This document shows positions 1 to 10,863 of a stretch of 64,000 nucleotides of DNA, piece after piece. The number at the start of each line of letters is the position of its first letter. Within the stretch, counting starts at the first letter, position 1. Location: contig CAJQLY010000005.1 of the NCBI GenBank assembly GCA_905479295.1, positions 3,033 to 67,032 of the forward strand, in the 5' to 3' direction. The position numbers and the translations under genes are program-made. This stretch comes from an uncultured Gammaproteobacteria bacterium (GTDB lineage: Bacteria; Pseudomonadota; Gammaproteobacteria; UBA4575). Under the pieces are notes generated by a model. That model did no database searches. It saw nothing but the letters and a program-made list of their open reading frames with translations, and was not told the DNA's origin.

Positions 1-119
1 CGGGCTCCTCTAATAAGCTACTGCTAAAAGGTGTTAGCTAATATAGTGGGGGCGCCATGTACTCATTTCAAGTGCATAGTGGATGACTGGATGTACAACA
101 CCTAATCCAGCCACCACAG

Positions 120-1403
120 CTAATCCTCAGAGACTGCTTTCTCAAACTCAGCTGATTCATAGATCAAGTAAGGTTCGGCTTCACCCTTGATCACAGCCTC
201 ATCTAGAACGATTTTAGAGACTCCTTCAGAAGAAGGCAGTTCATACATAGTATTGAGCAGCACATTCTCCAAGATCGTACGCAAACCACGCGCTCCAGTC
301 TTACGCTCCGTCGCTTTTTTAGCCACTGCTGATAAAGCATTTGGACGAAACTCGATTTCTGCCCCTTCCATCTCGAATAGTTTGCTGTATTGCTTAGTTA
401 TCGCATTCTTTGGCTCAGTAAGAATTCGAATCAAGGCCTCTTCATCCAATTCTTCTAGCGTCGCCACTACAGGCAAACGGCCAACAAATTCTGGGATTAA
501 GCCATAACGAATTAAATCTTCTGGTTCCACACTATACAGTAATTCCCCAAATGAACGATCGCTCTCTTGGCTACGCACATCGGCTTGGAAACCAATACTA
601 GTTTTCTCAGTACGATCAAGAATTACTTTATCTAGGCCAGCGAAAGCACCACCACAGATAAATAGAATATTACTAGTATCGACCTGTACAAACTCTTGCT
701 GCGGATGCTTACGACCACCTTGTGGTGGCACTGAAGCGATTGTACCTTCAATCAACTTCAACAACGCTTGCTGCACCCCTTCACCCGAAACGTCCCGCGT
801 GATTGATGGGTTGTCTGACTTGCGTGAAATCTTATCAATCTCATCGATGTAAACAATGCCATTCTGCGCACGCTCAACATCGTAATCACATTTCTGCAGC
901 AGCTTTTGAATAATGTTCTCAACATCTTCACCAACATAACCCGCTTCTGTCAGCGTAGTTGCATCGGCAATCGTAAATGGTACATCGAGTAAGCGCGCTA
1001 AGGTTTCTGCAAGTAATGTTTTACCACAGCCGGTAGGGCCCACTAATAAGATATTACTTTTCGAGAGTTCAACACCATCTTGGCTTGCACTGCGTGCCTC
1101 TAGCCGTTTGTAGTGATTGTAGACAGCGACAGAAAGAACTTTCTTCGCCGCCGCCTGACCGATGACATAATCATCTAAGGTGGATTTTAGTTCTATCGGT
1201 GTTGGTAACTTACTCGCGCTTGCTGGAGACTGCTCTCGCATCTCCTCACGAATGATATCGTTACATAGCTCGACACATTCATCACAAATAAAGACTGATG
1301 GCCCTGCGATCAGCTTACGAACTTCATGCTGCGACTTGCCGCAAAACGAACAGTATAAAAGTTTGCCGCTATCGGCGTCCTTATCGGAACCTTCGGTGCT
1401 CAT
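120..1403 (-). CDS. clpX: ATP-dependent Clp protease ATP-binding subunit ClpX
   Basis: 427-aa ORF. It has an N-terminal C4 zinc motif (CSFCGK...CDEC) and a Walker A (GPTGCGKT). It lies directly downstream of clpP in the classic tig-clpP-clpX order. Confidence 0.97.
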   Translation of the reverse strand: MSTEGSDKDADSGKLLYCSFCGKSQHEVRKLIAGPSVFICDECVELCNDIIREEMREQSPASASKLPTPIELKSTLDDYVIGQAAAKKVLSVAVYNHYKRLEARSASQDGVELSKSNILLVGPTGCGKTLLAETLARLLDVPFTIADATTLTEAGYVGEDVENIIQKLLQKCDYDVERAQNGIVYIDEIDKISRKSDNPSITRDVSGEGVQQALLKLIEGTIASVPPQGGRKHPQQEFVQVDTSNILFICGGAFAGLDKVILDRTEKTSIGFQADVRSQESDRSFGELLYSVEPEDLIRYGLIPEFVGRLPVVATLEELDEEALIRILTEPKNAITKQYSKLFEMEGAEIEFRPNALSAVAKKATERKTGARGLRTILENVLLNTMYELPSSEGVSKIVLDEAVIKGEAEPYLIYESAEFEKAVSED

Positions 1404-1598
1404 AGTTAAATCCTATATCTGCTCTTAATTTGCATAAATATATTCTAAGCGACATTGGCTTATCGGGGAAATACCAAAAAATACCTGGTGCTAGAGCCAA
1501 AAACACCCACTTCAGCCTACTGTAACAGACTTAATTAGGCGCTAATTGAGCAGTGTTTAAGCCAATCATCTAGCGCCAATCAACATCTGAGTAGGTGA

Positions 1599-2231
1599 TT
1601 AGCTCTCGTCTTTTTCTGCGCCACGGGTGGTTAATACTTTGTCAATCAGACCGTATTCCATGGCTGTCACACTGCTCATGAAGTTATCACGCTCGGTATC
1701 ATTAGCAATGGTTTCAAGGCTTTGCCCAGTGTGATGGGCAAGTAAGGTATTTAACTTCTCACGGATGCTGAGTATTTCTTTCGCATGAATATCAATGTCT
1801 GTAGCCTGACCTTGATAACCACCTAATGGCTGATGAATCATCACACGCGAATTAGGCAATGCATAACGCTTACCCTTGCAACCACCTGCTAATAGAAAAG
1901 CACCCATGCTTGCTGCTTGACCAATACAGAGTGTACTAATATCAGGCTTAGCAAACTGCATGGTGTCATAAATCGCCATCCCTGCAGTAACTGATCCACC
2001 TGGAGAATTAATATAGATAGAAATATCTTTCTCAGGATTTTCAGACTCTAAAAATAGAATCTGGGCGACAATTAAATTCGCCATATGATCTTCAATTGGA
2101 CCAACAATAAAAATTACACGCTCTTTTAATAAGCGCGAGTAAATGTCATAAGCTCGTTCACCTCGGGCTGATTGCTCAACCACCATTGGAACTAGATTCA
2201 TCGAAGGGCTATCAACGTATTCATTCGCCAT
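1599..2231 (-). CDS. clpP: ATP-dependent Clp protease proteolytic subunit ClpP
   Basis: 210-aa ORF with the catalytic Ser context GQAASMGA and His context MIHQP. It sits between tig and clpX. Confidence 0.97.
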   Translation of the reverse strand: MANEYVDSPSMNLVPMVVEQSARGERAYDIYSRLLKERVIFIVGPIEDHMANLIVAQILFLESENPEKDISIYINSPGGSVTAGMAIYDTMQFAKPDISTLCIGQAASMGAFLLAGGCKGKRYALPNSRVMIHQPLGGYQGQATDIDIHAKEILSIREKLNTLLAHHTGQSLETIANDTERDNFMSSVTAMEYGLIDKVLTTRGAEKDES

Positions 2232-2277
2232 GCAACACCTACCTAAAATTAATTAATTCTAAAGTCTGACTAACCAA

Positions 2278-3579
2278 CTACTGCTGCTGTTGGTTAGGCT
2301 TAACTAACTCGTCAAACTCTTCTTTTTGCTCAACTGTTTTCACATGAGATAAGACCCAACTTACTACCTGATCTTCCATCACTACCGCTTCAATGCTGGC
2401 TCGTGCCTGCGTATTGCTAGTGTAGTACTCGATCACTTGTTGATAGTCTTGATATTGCCGCGCAATCTGTTCAATGCGCTGTTCAACTTCAACCGGGTTC
2501 ACTTGTAACTTCTGCTCATTAACGATCTCACCGATAACTAAACCTAGCTTAATGCGACGTTTAGCTTCATCTACAAATAACTCATCCGGCAAATCTGCTG
2601 ATTGCTGCATTTGGAAATTTTCTGCCGCCTGCTTACGTAAGGCTTCAACTTCTTGCGCAATCAAAGACTCAGGTAATTCAAAGTCATGATTAGCAATAAC
2701 ACACTCCATTACCGCTGCCTTAGACTTATTACCAATCTGTGTCTTTAATTCATTTTCTAATGATTCTTTAATCTTAGCGCGAAGCTCACTTTCTTCACCA
2801 CTTTCGATACCATACCCTTTAACAAAGTCACTATCGACTTCTGGTAATGTACCACTCTCAACAAGTTTCAATGCAATATCAAAACTTGCCTCCTGACCAG
2901 CCAATTGCTCATTACCATAATCTTCTGGGAAGGTGATCATGAAGGTCTTATCTTCACCGGCTTTCATGCCTACGATATTGTCTTCAAAACCGGCAATCAT
3001 ACCGCCGCCGCCAAGCGTCAGGCGATAATCTTCTGACTTACCACCTTCAAACTCAACACCATCTAACTTACCGACAAAATCCATCGTTACACGATGACCG
3101 TTTTCCGCAGCAACGGCCTCTTCGGCATAATCTTTGTGCTGCTCACGCATATTAGTAAGTGTGTATTCAATGTGCTGCTCTTCAACTTCAGATACCGGCA
3201 CAGTAACTTCTAACTTTGTAAAATCAGATACAGTGATTTCAGGATAGACATCAAAGTTAGCAATAAAGGTCAGGTCCTGACCGGGCTCAATCTGTTCTGG
3301 TTGGATCGTTGGCGCACCAGCTGGGCGCAACTTCTCTTGTAGCACTGCATCACGGTAGTTCGCCTGCATTTGATCGGCTAAGACTTCCTGTCGTATTGAA
3401 CCTTCATAACGTTGCTTAACAACGTTCATAGGCACCTTGCCTGGACGGAACCCATCAATTTTAGCCTGACCTTTCATCGTATTAAGACGTTGCGTCACTT
3501 CAGCCTCTATCTTCTCGGCGGGAACAACAATGGTCATTTTACGGCCTAGTTGGCCTACTTCTTCTACCGATACTTGCAT
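2278..3579 (-). CDS. tig: Trigger factor
   Basis: ORF 2278..3615 trimmed to the internal ATG at 3577-3579 (MQVSVEEVGQLG...). It carries the trigger-factor signature GFRPGKVP and is upstream of clpP. Confidence 0.93.
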   Translation of the reverse strand: MQVSVEEVGQLGRKMTIVVPAEKIEAEVTQRLNTMKGQAKIDGFRPGKVPMNVVKQRYEGSIRQEVLADQMQANYRDAVLQEKLRPAGAPTIQPEQIEPGQDLTFIANFDVYPEITVSDFTKLEVTVPVSEVEEQHIEYTLTNMREQHKDYAEEAVAAENGHRVTMDFVGKLDGVEFEGGKSEDYRLTLGGGGMIAGFEDNIVGMKAGEDKTFMITFPEDYGNEQLAGQEASFDIALKLVESGTLPEVDSDFVKGYGIESGEESELRAKIKESLENELKTQIGNKSKAAVMECVIANHDFELPESLIAQEVEALRKQAAENFQMQQSADLPDELFVDEAKRRIKLGLVIGEIVNEQKLQVNPVEVEQRIEQIARQYQDYQQVIEYYTSNTQARASIEAVVMEDQVVSWVLSHVKTVEQKEEFDELVKPNQQQQ

Positions 3580-3652
3580 GTGTGTACTAACCTCACAGAC
3601 AGCGATGCGCTGCAACTTAGGGAAATTTCTTGAATTTGGGATTGATTAGGTC

Positions 3653-3737
<85 letters not shown>

Positions 3738-3865
3738 ACATATAGGCCAATCAATATGGAAGCGGCGTAGTATATCCAAAACCATCACTAATAGTTAGCA
3801 CTAGACGATAATAAAATAGGCCTAAAGTCGAGATTTTGGATTTCCGGCTAAAAAACCATCGATTA

Positions 3866-4501
3866 CTAACGTATAACACGCTTCCAGCCGAGCAAATAAG
3901 GGTCTAATAGAAAGACCTTATCCGCCTGCTTCACAAAAGTAATCACCCGTGCATAGTCACCTGGCCACTGTTGATTACTAAAATTTTGTTCACCCAACCA
4001 GATTTTTTGATTGGCATGATCTACCTTCAACACTACCGCAACGTGACCCGTATTTAAAAACTGCTGCGCATAAATCAACAGATCGCCCCGTTTTGGAGCC
4101 ACTAGAGCCTCGCCATTGACTATGGAATCAAATGCAAATTGCTGACTTTTATCAGCTGACGAGACTGTTTTTAGATCCCAGATATCAGCTGCAATATCAA
4201 CACTGCCATAAACCACACCATAGTTTTTTAGTAGCCACCGTCTAGCATATTCAACACATTGCCAACTAATGCCGGTAAATACACCTTCACTAAACTGTGG
4301 TTGTGGATGGACACAATGTTCGGAACAATTGGAATAAGCAACTACACCATGGGGTGACCGCCCTAGTATTTTATTAAACGGCTGAATGCATGCCGATAGA
4401 CAGGCTTGTGGCAAAGGCGCACTAGCCTCATTAGCCAAAATAGTAGGAGATACCAATAACAAGAAAATAGAAATGATCACAGCGCGCGCATTAAGATTCA
4501 T
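3866..4501 (-). CDS. Secreted CHAP-domain amidase (glutathionylspermidine-amidase-like)
   Basis: ORF trimmed to the ATG at 4499-4501 (MNLNARAVIISIFLLLVSPTILA, signal-peptide-like) because the upstream part overlaps tRNA-His and tRNA-Arg. A GGAG Shine-Dalgarno lies upstream. Conserved Cys context WQCVEYARRW and His context NTGHVAVV are typical of CHAP or Gsp-amidase domains. Confidence 0.7.
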   Translation of the reverse strand: MNLNARAVIISIFLLLVSPTILANEASAPLPQACLSACIQPFNKILGRSPHGVVAYSNCSEHCVHPQPQFSEGVFTGISWQCVEYARRWLLKNYGVVYGSVDIAADIWDLKTVSSADKSQQFAFDSIVNGEALVAPKRGDLLIYAQQFLNTGHVAVVLKVDHANQKIWLGEQNFSNQQWPGDYARVITFVKQADKVFLLDPYLLGWKRVIR

Positions 4502-4545
4502 ACAGACTCCGAGCAACAGCTTTGAAAATGATCTTACAAATAAGA

Positions 4546-4622
4546 TGGGGTGAATGATGGGACTCGAACCCACGACGACTGGAATCACAATCCAGGGCTC
4601 TACCAACTGAGCTACACTCACC
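4546..4622 (-). tRNA. tRNA-His (anticodon GTG), 77 nt with G-1, encoded CCA
   Basis: Hand fold. Extra 5' G pairs with C73, anticodon arm CTGGA-TTGTGAT-TCCAG, T-loop TTCGAGT, 3' CCCA. Confidence 0.9.
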
Positions 4623-4657
4623 ATAAAGCAATAATACAGACTCTCCCTGGGCAAAAC

Positions 4658-4734
4658 TGGTGCGCCCGGCAGGACTCGAACCTGCAACCCCCGGCTTAGA
4701 AGGCCGATGCTCTATCCAGTTGAGCTACGGGCGC
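4658..4734 (-). tRNA. tRNA-Arg (anticodon TCT), 77 nt, encoded CCA
   Basis: Hand fold. Acceptor GCGCCCG/CGGGCGC, anticodon arm TCGGC-CTTCTAA-GCCGG, T-arm GCAGG-TTCGAGT-CCTGC. Confidence 0.88.
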
Positions 4735-5072
4735 AGAGAGATTTAACTTAAAGTCCGCAAACCACATAGCCCGATGAGCTATGTAGGACGGGATATTATC
4801 ACTAAATACGCCAAGAAGTAATACGGCAAGACGAGATTTTAAGCCCAAGGCCTTCATGGCTAGGAGATTAAGTAAGAACAGCCATTCCTAAACAATCAAA
4901 CAACACAGATGTATTAAGTCAATATCAACCCACACCTGTTTTACTGTCTGTTTTAGTGATTTTGTTTATATGAAATAAATGCAAGTCTGATTCATCAGAC
5001 GAACGAATATTTAAGTGACAAGAATATGGAATGGTTTTCGTTTTAAAAAACAGATCGCCAGAAATGGCTAAT

Positions 5073-5149
5073 TGGTCGGGGCAAGAGGATTCGAACCTCT
5101 GACCCTCTGCTCCCAAAGCAGATGCGCTACCAGGCTGCGCTATGCCCCG
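5073..5149 (-). tRNA. tRNA-Pro (anticodon TGG), 77 nt, encoded CCA
   Basis: Hand fold. Acceptor CGGGGCA/TGCCCCG, anticodon arm TCTGC-TTTGGGA-GCAGA, T-arm AGAGG-TTCGAAT-CCTCT. Confidence 0.9.
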
Positions 5150-5196
5150 ACTAGGTTGGCCATCTTAGTTTTTAAGAGAAGCTAAGACAGCGCGCA

Positions 5197-5226
5197 AGAA
5201 TACGTGTTTTGACGCCCTATCGTCAA
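5197..5226 (-). promoter_or_regulatory. Candidate sigma70 stable-RNA promoter for the tRNA cluster
   Basis: The minus strand reads TTGACG, an 18-nt spacer, TATTCT, then the GC-rich discriminator TGCGCGC. It lies about 45 nt upstream of tRNA-Pro. A GC discriminator is typical of stringently controlled tRNA and rRNA promoters. Confidence 0.35.
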
Positions 5227-5416
5227 CTAATTCTCGTTACCTATTCCGTCTATTTGTCCTATTTTCGATCGATTTATAGCCAATCCATGCAGCAGCCATG
5301 GCAAAGTCACGGTCTTGGTTATGGACTCGGCCTAATGTAACTGCCTTCCTCGCTTTATTCCTTACTGCCGACCGCTTATGATACGGCGCAACAACAACTA
5401 GACGAATAGGCACAGA

Positions 5417-5998
5417 ATGGCTAAGCGAATTACTTCTCTCCTCACTACGTGCTTAATCCTCATAACATTTGCAGGGAGTGCAGCAATGAGCGATTCCAAC
5501 CCTAAAGCTCTTTTTGAAACGAGCCAAGGCAACATCACGATTGAGTTATATGCCGAGAAAGCGCCGATTACAGTGGAAAACTTTATCCGCTACGTGACGG
5601 AAGGTTTTTATGACGGCACTATTTTTCATCGTGTGATCCCAAATTTCATGGTGCAAGGTGGTAGCTTTAAAGTTGATATGCGCCAAAAAGATGGTCATGG
5701 AAATATTCAGAATGAGGCAAATAATGGCCTACAAAACGTAGTTGGCTCCCTTGCCATGGCAAGAACTTCAGCGCCACACTCGGCCTCATCACAGTTCTTT
5801 ATTAATGTAGCTGACAACGGCTTTTTAAACTTCACTAGTGAGAGTTCACAGGGCTGGGGTTACGCTGTGTTTGCCCAAGTCATTGATGGTATGGATGTAG
5901 TGATGGCAATCGCTGAAGTAGAGACCGCCACTCTGGGGCCTCATGGTGACGTACCGAAAGAACCAATCATCGTCAATAAAGCGAGCATGATCGAGTAA
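5417..5998 (+). CDS. ppiA: Periplasmic cyclophilin-type peptidyl-prolyl cis-trans isomerase
   Basis: 193-aa ORF with an N-terminal signal-like segment. Cyclophilin motifs are FHRVIPNFMVQGG and SQFFIN. Confidence 0.92.
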   Translation: MAKRITSLLTTCLILITFAGSAAMSDSNPKALFETSQGNITIELYAEKAPITVENFIRYVTEGFYDGTIFHRVIPNFMVQGGSFKVDMRQKDGHGNIQNEANNGLQNVVGSLAMARTSAPHSASSQFFINVADNGFLNFTSESSQGWGYAVFAQVIDGMDVVMAIAEVETATLGPHGDVPKEPIIVNKASMIE

Positions 5999-6016
5999 TA
6001 CAACACGGTTCTGATT

Positions 6017-6037
6017 AGCCCAGTGCAATACTGGGCT
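6017..6037. terminator. Hairpin between convergent ppiA and the DUF455 gene (possible bidirectional terminator)
   Basis: Perfect 7-bp stem AGCCCAG/CTGGGCT with a 7-nt loop. There is no clear U-tract on either strand. Confidence 0.35.
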
Positions 6038-6043
6038 GGTCTA

Positions 6044-6850
6044 CTAATTTAGGGCGTCTAATTCCATCTGACTAAAACCCGCTTGCTTACGCGCTGTAAT
6101 ATGCAGCGGCCCCTTGCCCGTATGCACATCATATTGTTTTAGTAATCCGATAAAGGTTGTCTGTGACTCAACCCCAGCTTCGGCACAGGCATGTTTATAC
6201 CAACGTGTGCCAATCTCAACGTGACCCACCTCTTCCGCCAAAATAATTTCCAGCAAGGCGACTGTCTCGTGATCCCCAACCGATATTAAACGCTCGATCA
6301 TACCTGGCGTAACATCCAGACCGCGCGCTTCCAGTACACGGGGCACTAAGGCCATACGATGTAAGACACTATGGCCAGTCTTTACCGCCATCTCCCAGAG
6401 CCCGTTATGTGCACTATGTGCGCCATAGTAACTACCTAACTGTTGCAGGCGATTAGACAGCATTTGAAAGTGACTAGCCTCTTCTGCCGCCACCTTCATC
6501 CAATCAAGATAATAGGCTAAAGGCATAGCTTGAAAACGATAGATCGCATCCAAGGCTAGATTGATAGCGTTATATTCGATGTGACAAACCGCATGAATTA
6601 GTGCGATGCGCCCTTCTACACTATGTAACTTACGCCGTGGCACCTGTGCGGGATGAACTAATTCCAACTCAGCTGGTAATCCAGGCAGGGCAATCGCTAG
6701 GATCTCAGCACTGGCCCGAGGTGCTTCAGATAAGTTAGCTAAACTACTTTTGATTGCAGTCAGCATTTTAATTTTCTGTTCCGGATGCGGACAGAGAATC
6801 GCGTCTTTTACACGCTCAAAAATATTATCTGCAGAGATAGAGTCAGACAC
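6044..6850 (-). CDS. Ferritin-like di-iron protein (DUF455 family)
   Basis: 268-aa ORF with two E-x-x-H motifs (EEASHF, EEVGHVE) and HIEYNAINLALD, consistent with a four-helix-bundle di-iron fold. The family assignment is from memory. Confidence 0.65.
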   Translation of the reverse strand: MSDSISADNIFERVKDAILCPHPEQKIKMLTAIKSSLANLSEAPRASAEILAIALPGLPAELELVHPAQVPRRKLHSVEGRIALIHAVCHIEYNAINLALDAIYRFQAMPLAYYLDWMKVAAEEASHFQMLSNRLQQLGSYYGAHSAHNGLWEMAVKTGHSVLHRMALVPRVLEARGLDVTPGMIERLISVGDHETVALLEIILAEEVGHVEIGTRWYKHACAEAGVESQTTFIGLLKQYDVHTGKGPLHITARKQAGFSQMELDALN

Positions 6851-6881
6851 TAGAGTTTAGATCGATGCTTAAACACTAAGC

Positions 6882-8135
6882 TTAGCGTTTAAGTGCCACC
6901 ACCAAATCCATTACATTGGTGCCGGTGGGGCCGGTGGTGACCAAGTCACCCAATGCTTCTAAACAGTTGCCAGCATCGGCTTGCACTAGATATTGATCCA
7001 GATTCAAACCAAGTTGTTGACCACGTGCAGCACTGCTGCCATCAACGATACCACCAGCATCTTCAGTCGGACCATCGGTGCCATCGGTACCGGCTGCTAA
7101 CAACACAACATCATCCTGACCAGCCAGCTCCTTGGCAGCGACCAAGGCGAAGTGCTGATTACGTCCACCACGACCTGGATTTTTTGGCAGCTTTACGGCC
7201 GTCTCACCACCCCAGATATGAATACCGGTTGCTGCCGAGCTCATCTGCTGACTGATCTCAGTTGCCTTAGCGCTGGCATCACCCTGCATAAACTCTTCAT
7301 GCAAAGTGACCTTGAGACCTAGGGCCTGTGCCTGCTTAGCTGCTGCCTGTTTAGCATCATCTAGTGTTGCGATAACGTGGCTTTCAATGTTCGTAAATGC
7401 ACTACTCTCGGGCACCGGCATAAATTTAACATCTGCTAGTACACTACTTATTTCTTCAGGTAGATCGACATCGGCAATATTGTCATAGATGGGTGTTAAC
7501 GGGCCCGAACCGATTACTGCAGGATCATCACCCGGCACATCTGAGATCATCAACGCCAAAGTCTCACGACCATTAATATAAGATGCTAGACGACCACCCT
7601 TGATGCAGGAGGCCGCGCGACGCACCTGATTCATCTGTGTGATGTCATAACCAATCGATAATAGGGTGTTTGTCATAGCGGTTAATTTGGCTAGATCCAT
7701 GCCTTCGGCAAGCACTTCCATCAAGCTTGATGCACCACCTGAGAATAAAACAAGAAAACGCGCATCAGCAGGTGCCTGCTGGACAAAATCGATCACTGCT
7801 TGACCGGCCTTGATACTGGCATCTCCAGGCACAGGATGATCCGATTCGATCACCTGCATACGTTCACATGCAATCAAATCAGCTTCAGCATGATGATGTT
7901 TAGTCACAACCAAACCGGTCTTGATTTGATCACCCAATACCGACAAAGCACCTAATGCCATCGATGAACCGGCTTTACCCACTGATAACAAATAGTAGTC
8001 ACCGCTAAGTGTATGCTGCTGTAAATAGTCGACAACGGCATTAAAGCCTTTAACTCGCGAAACACCCGCATCAAAGACGGCACGGACTTGTTCACGCGCG
8101 GTTGCCAGGGCTAGGTCGGTTTCAGTATTTTTCAT
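6882..8135 (-). CDS. Glycerate 2-kinase / hydroxypyruvate-reductase-like protein (DUF4147 + MOFRL)
   Basis: 417-aa ORF. The C-terminal motif AAGTDGTDGPT is characteristic of the MOFRL glycerate kinase family. Confidence 0.8.
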   Translation of the reverse strand: MKNTETDLALATAREQVRAVFDAGVSRVKGFNAVVDYLQQHTLSGDYYLLSVGKAGSSMALGALSVLGDQIKTGLVVTKHHHAEADLIACERMQVIESDHPVPGDASIKAGQAVIDFVQQAPADARFLVLFSGGASSLMEVLAEGMDLAKLTAMTNTLLSIGYDITQMNQVRRAASCIKGGRLASYINGRETLALMISDVPGDDPAVIGSGPLTPIYDNIADVDLPEEISSVLADVKFMPVPESSAFTNIESHVIATLDDAKQAAAKQAQALGLKVTLHEEFMQGDASAKATEISQQMSSAATGIHIWGGETAVKLPKNPGRGGRNQHFALVAAKELAGQDDVVLLAAGTDGTDGPTEDAGGIVDGSSAARGQQLGLNLDQYLVQADAGNCLEALGDLVTTGPTGTNVMDLVVALKR

Positions 8136-8201
8136 AATTTAATTATTTAAGTGGAAATTTAAGTGCGCGAGAATACAACAATTCAGTATCGAATTCGCCT
8201 G

Positions 8202-8741
8202 CTAGCCGGCGATGTAAACAAATGTACCGACCATCACAGGTTCAAACAAGTCAATCACATCCTGATTAGCCATGCGCACACAACCATGTGAGGCCGGCTG
8301 GCCTAAAAGACCTTCTTCTTGAGTACCATGGATATAGATATAACGTTCATAACTATCAACCCCAGCACCCTGATTAATATTACCTTGCAAGCCTTTTAAC
8401 CATAGAATCCGGCTCAAAATTAGATCCTCACCAGTAGCTACTGCCTGCTGCTCAATAGTTGCCGTTTTCCCTATAGCACGACGTCCAACAAAGATTTCAG
8501 CAATGGGCTGACCACCACCAATGCAGGCCGCAATACTATGTGCACCATACGGTGTTTTATAGCTATCTTGCTCACAGCCCACACCCAGTGTGGCGGTTGA
8601 AACTGGATATTCCTGTAATACCTTATCTTGTCTTAGTAGCCTAAGGCTTTGACTAGCGACCTCAACATGAATCCAAAGAGGTGTGATGAAGGTGGCAAAC
8701 TGTTGCTGTAACTGTGCAATGTGCTGTGCCGTAATCATCAT
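8202..8741 (-). CDS. L,D-transpeptidase (YkuD) domain protein
   Basis: 179-aa ORF with the YkuD active-site motif IHGT...SHGCVRM. Confidence 0.8.
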   Translation of the reverse strand: MMITAQHIAQLQQQFATFITPLWIHVEVASQSLRLLRQDKVLQEYPVSTATLGVGCEQDSYKTPYGAHSIAACIGGGQPIAEIFVGRRAIGKTATIEQQAVATGEDLILSRILWLKGLQGNINQGAGVDSYERYIYIHGTQEEGLLGQPASHGCVRMANQDVIDLFEPVMVGTFVYIAG

Positions 8742-8753
8742 TATTCACCGTTA

Positions 8754-10259
8754 TTAGTCAACATTAACAATATCAATACTAGTCAAGTCTTCCTCTGCTT
8801 CCTTACTTGAATCATTACGGCTTTTTTCCAATGATTCCAAGTAGTCATCCTGCAAACCAGTCACATATTCGCCAGTGAAAACCGAAGTCTCAAACTGGCT
8901 AATCTCTTTGTTTCCGTCACCGACTGACCAAACCAGATCTTCTAAGTCTTGGTAAAACAGACGATCAGCACCAATTTCATCACGTATTTGTTCTAGGTTT
9001 CTACCATGTGCTATTAACTCAGTAGCAGCTGGCATATCGATGCCATAGACATTGGGATAACGCACAGGTGGTGAGGCCGAGGCAAAGTAAACCTTCTTGG
9101 CGCCAGCGTCGCGTGCCATTTGCACAATTTCACGTGACGTAGTGCCACGTACAATCGAATCATCCACCAACATCACGTTCTTATTTTTATATTCCAAATT
9201 AATTGGATTTAATTTCTGACGTACTGACTTTGATCGTTGTTTCTGCCCAGGCATAATAAAGGTACGGCCAATGTAACGATTTTTAATAAAGCCTTCTCGA
9301 TAATTACAATCTAGCACCTGAGCCATCTCTAAGGCTGCTGTCCGACTGGTATCAGGGATAGGGATAACAACATCAATATCGTGGTCGGCCCATTCACGCT
9401 GTACTTTTTTAGCTAAGCGGTTACCCATGCGCATCCGTGCTTTCTGCACATAGACATTTTCAATAATCGAGTCTGGTCGCGCAAAATAGACAAATTCAAA
9501 TAGACATGGTGTCAAGACCGCTGTCTCTGAACACTCTTGTGAATGTAGCTTATTGTCCTTATCGATGAAGATCACTTCACCTGGCTTAACATCACGCACC
9601 AGCTCATAACCTAATACATCTAGCGCTACACTCTCAGACGCAATCATATACTGGCGTCCATTTTCACCTTCCTTAACACCATAGACCAAAGGTCGAATAC
9701 CATTTGGATCACGAAATGCGAGCATGCCAACACCACAGATCATAGTCACCACACCGTAGGCACCACGACAGCGTTTATGTACACCACGCACAGCTGCAAA
9801 GACGTCCTTTGCACTCAGCTTGAGGTGGTCGACCTCACTCAGCTCATGCGCCAAGACATTAAGTAGGATCTCAGAATCAGAGCGCGTATTAATATGCCGA
9901 CGATCATCTATGAAAAGTTCCTTCTTTAGCTCAGCTGCATTGGTTAAGTTGCCGTTATGTGAAAGACAAATACCATAAGGAGAGTTCACATAAAAAGGCT
10001 GTGCTTCAGCCTCTGATGATGTACCGGCAGTAGGATAACGCACATGTGCAATCCCCATATCACCCTGCAATACGCGCATATGCCGTTCTTGAAATACATC
10101 GCGCACTAAGCCATTCCCTTTACGCTGGAACAAGCGACCCTCTGCGTAGGTCATGATGCCTGCCGCATCTTGGCCACGATGTTGCAATACCGTTAATCCA
10201 TCATACAATTCTTGATTGACTAACTGGCCATTGCCGACGATACCGATAATCCCACACAT
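8754..10259 (-). CDS. purF: Amidophosphoribosyltransferase
   Basis: 501-aa ORF. The Ntn catalytic Cys follows Met directly (MCGIIGIV) and a PRPP-binding loop ([13 protein letters not shown]) is present. It follows cvpA. Confidence 0.97.
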   Translation of the reverse strand: MCGIIGIVGNGQLVNQELYDGLTVLQHRGQDAAGIMTYAEGRLFQRKGNGLVRDVFQERHMRVLQGDMGIAHVRYPTAGTSSEAEAQPFYVNSPYGICLSHNGNLTNAAELKKELFIDDRRHINTRSDSEILLNVLAHELSEVDHLKLSAKDVFAAVRGVHKRCRGAYGVVTMICGVGMLAFRDPNGIRPLVYGVKEGENGRQYMIASESVALDVLGYELVRDVKPGEVIFIDKDNKLHSQECSETAVLTPCLFEFVYFARPDSIIENVYVQKARMRMGNRLAKKVQREWADHDIDVVIPIPDTSRTAALEMAQVLDCNYREGFIKNRYIGRTFIMPGQKQRSKSVRQKLNPINLEYKNKNVMLVDDSIVRGTTSREIVQMARDAGAKKVYFASASPPVRYPNVYGIDMPAATELIAHGRNLEQIRDEIGADRLFYQDLEDLVWSVGDGNKEISQFETSVFTGEYVTGLQDDYLESLEKSRNDSSKEAEEDLTSIDIVNVD

Positions 10260-10271
10260 GAATAATAAACC

Positions 10272-10832
10272 TTAGCTACTTAAAAGAATTTGCTTATAGA
10301 GATAAAAACGTTCTGAGTAATGCCCAGGCATTTTCTCGATAAGCCACAAGGCCGATTGATTGAATGGCCCAATTAACTGCGCTTGCCGCCAGGCATCACT
10401 ACTTGGCAATGCAGTAAAGGCAGCTGAAGCGAGCAGTAATAACACCACGACTACAGAACCACGCAGTATCCCAAACAACATGCCCAGAGTACTATCAAGC
10501 CAACGAACCATCGGCATTTTCGTCACACTGGCCAATAGCCGATTCAAAATAAATCCCAGTAATAGTGAGCCGACTAGAATCAAGATAAATGCAATCGCAA
10601 TACGCAGCCCATAACCCAAGTCTGTTCCAGCACTGATATCGACACTGACAATAGTTGCCGGCAATAAATCTGCAATCGATTCGGAATAACGAATAGATAA
10701 GAAAATAGCGACACCCCACGCCACAAGTGAGATAGCTTCCCGCACAAAACCACGCATCAAGGCGATACCAGTGGAAATAAGGAAGACAACGACAATAAGA
10801 ATATCAATCCAAGTTAAATCAAATAGATTCAT
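10272..10832 (-). CDS. cvpA: Colicin V production membrane protein CvpA
   Basis: 186-aa multi-pass hydrophobic ORF in the conserved dedD-cvpA-purF position. Confidence 0.85.
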   Translation of the reverse strand: MNLFDLTWIDILIVVVFLISTGIALMRGFVREAISLVAWGVAIFLSIRYSESIADLLPATIVSVDISAGTDLGYGLRIAIAFILILVGSLLLGFILNRLLASVTKMPMVRWLDSTLGMLFGILRGSVVVVLLLLASAAFTALPSSDAWRQAQLIGPFNQSALWLIEKMPGHYSERFYLYKQILLSS

Positions 10833-10863
10833 AAGCTTTTAGACATGAACGTTGGCATTGGCT

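Noticed and set aside
4741-4770. AAAGTCCG in the tRNA spacer recalls the conserved GGAAAGUCCGG segment of RNase P RNA.
   Set aside because: It is an isolated 8-mer in AT-rich sequence. None of the other conserved RNase P RNA regions or GC-rich helices are present.
10833-10863. A CCAACGTTCA motif upstream of cvpA-purF resembles half of a PurR box (ACGCAAACGTTTGCGT).
   Set aside because: It is only a partial match to one half-site, and it is unknown whether this lineage has PurR-type regulation.
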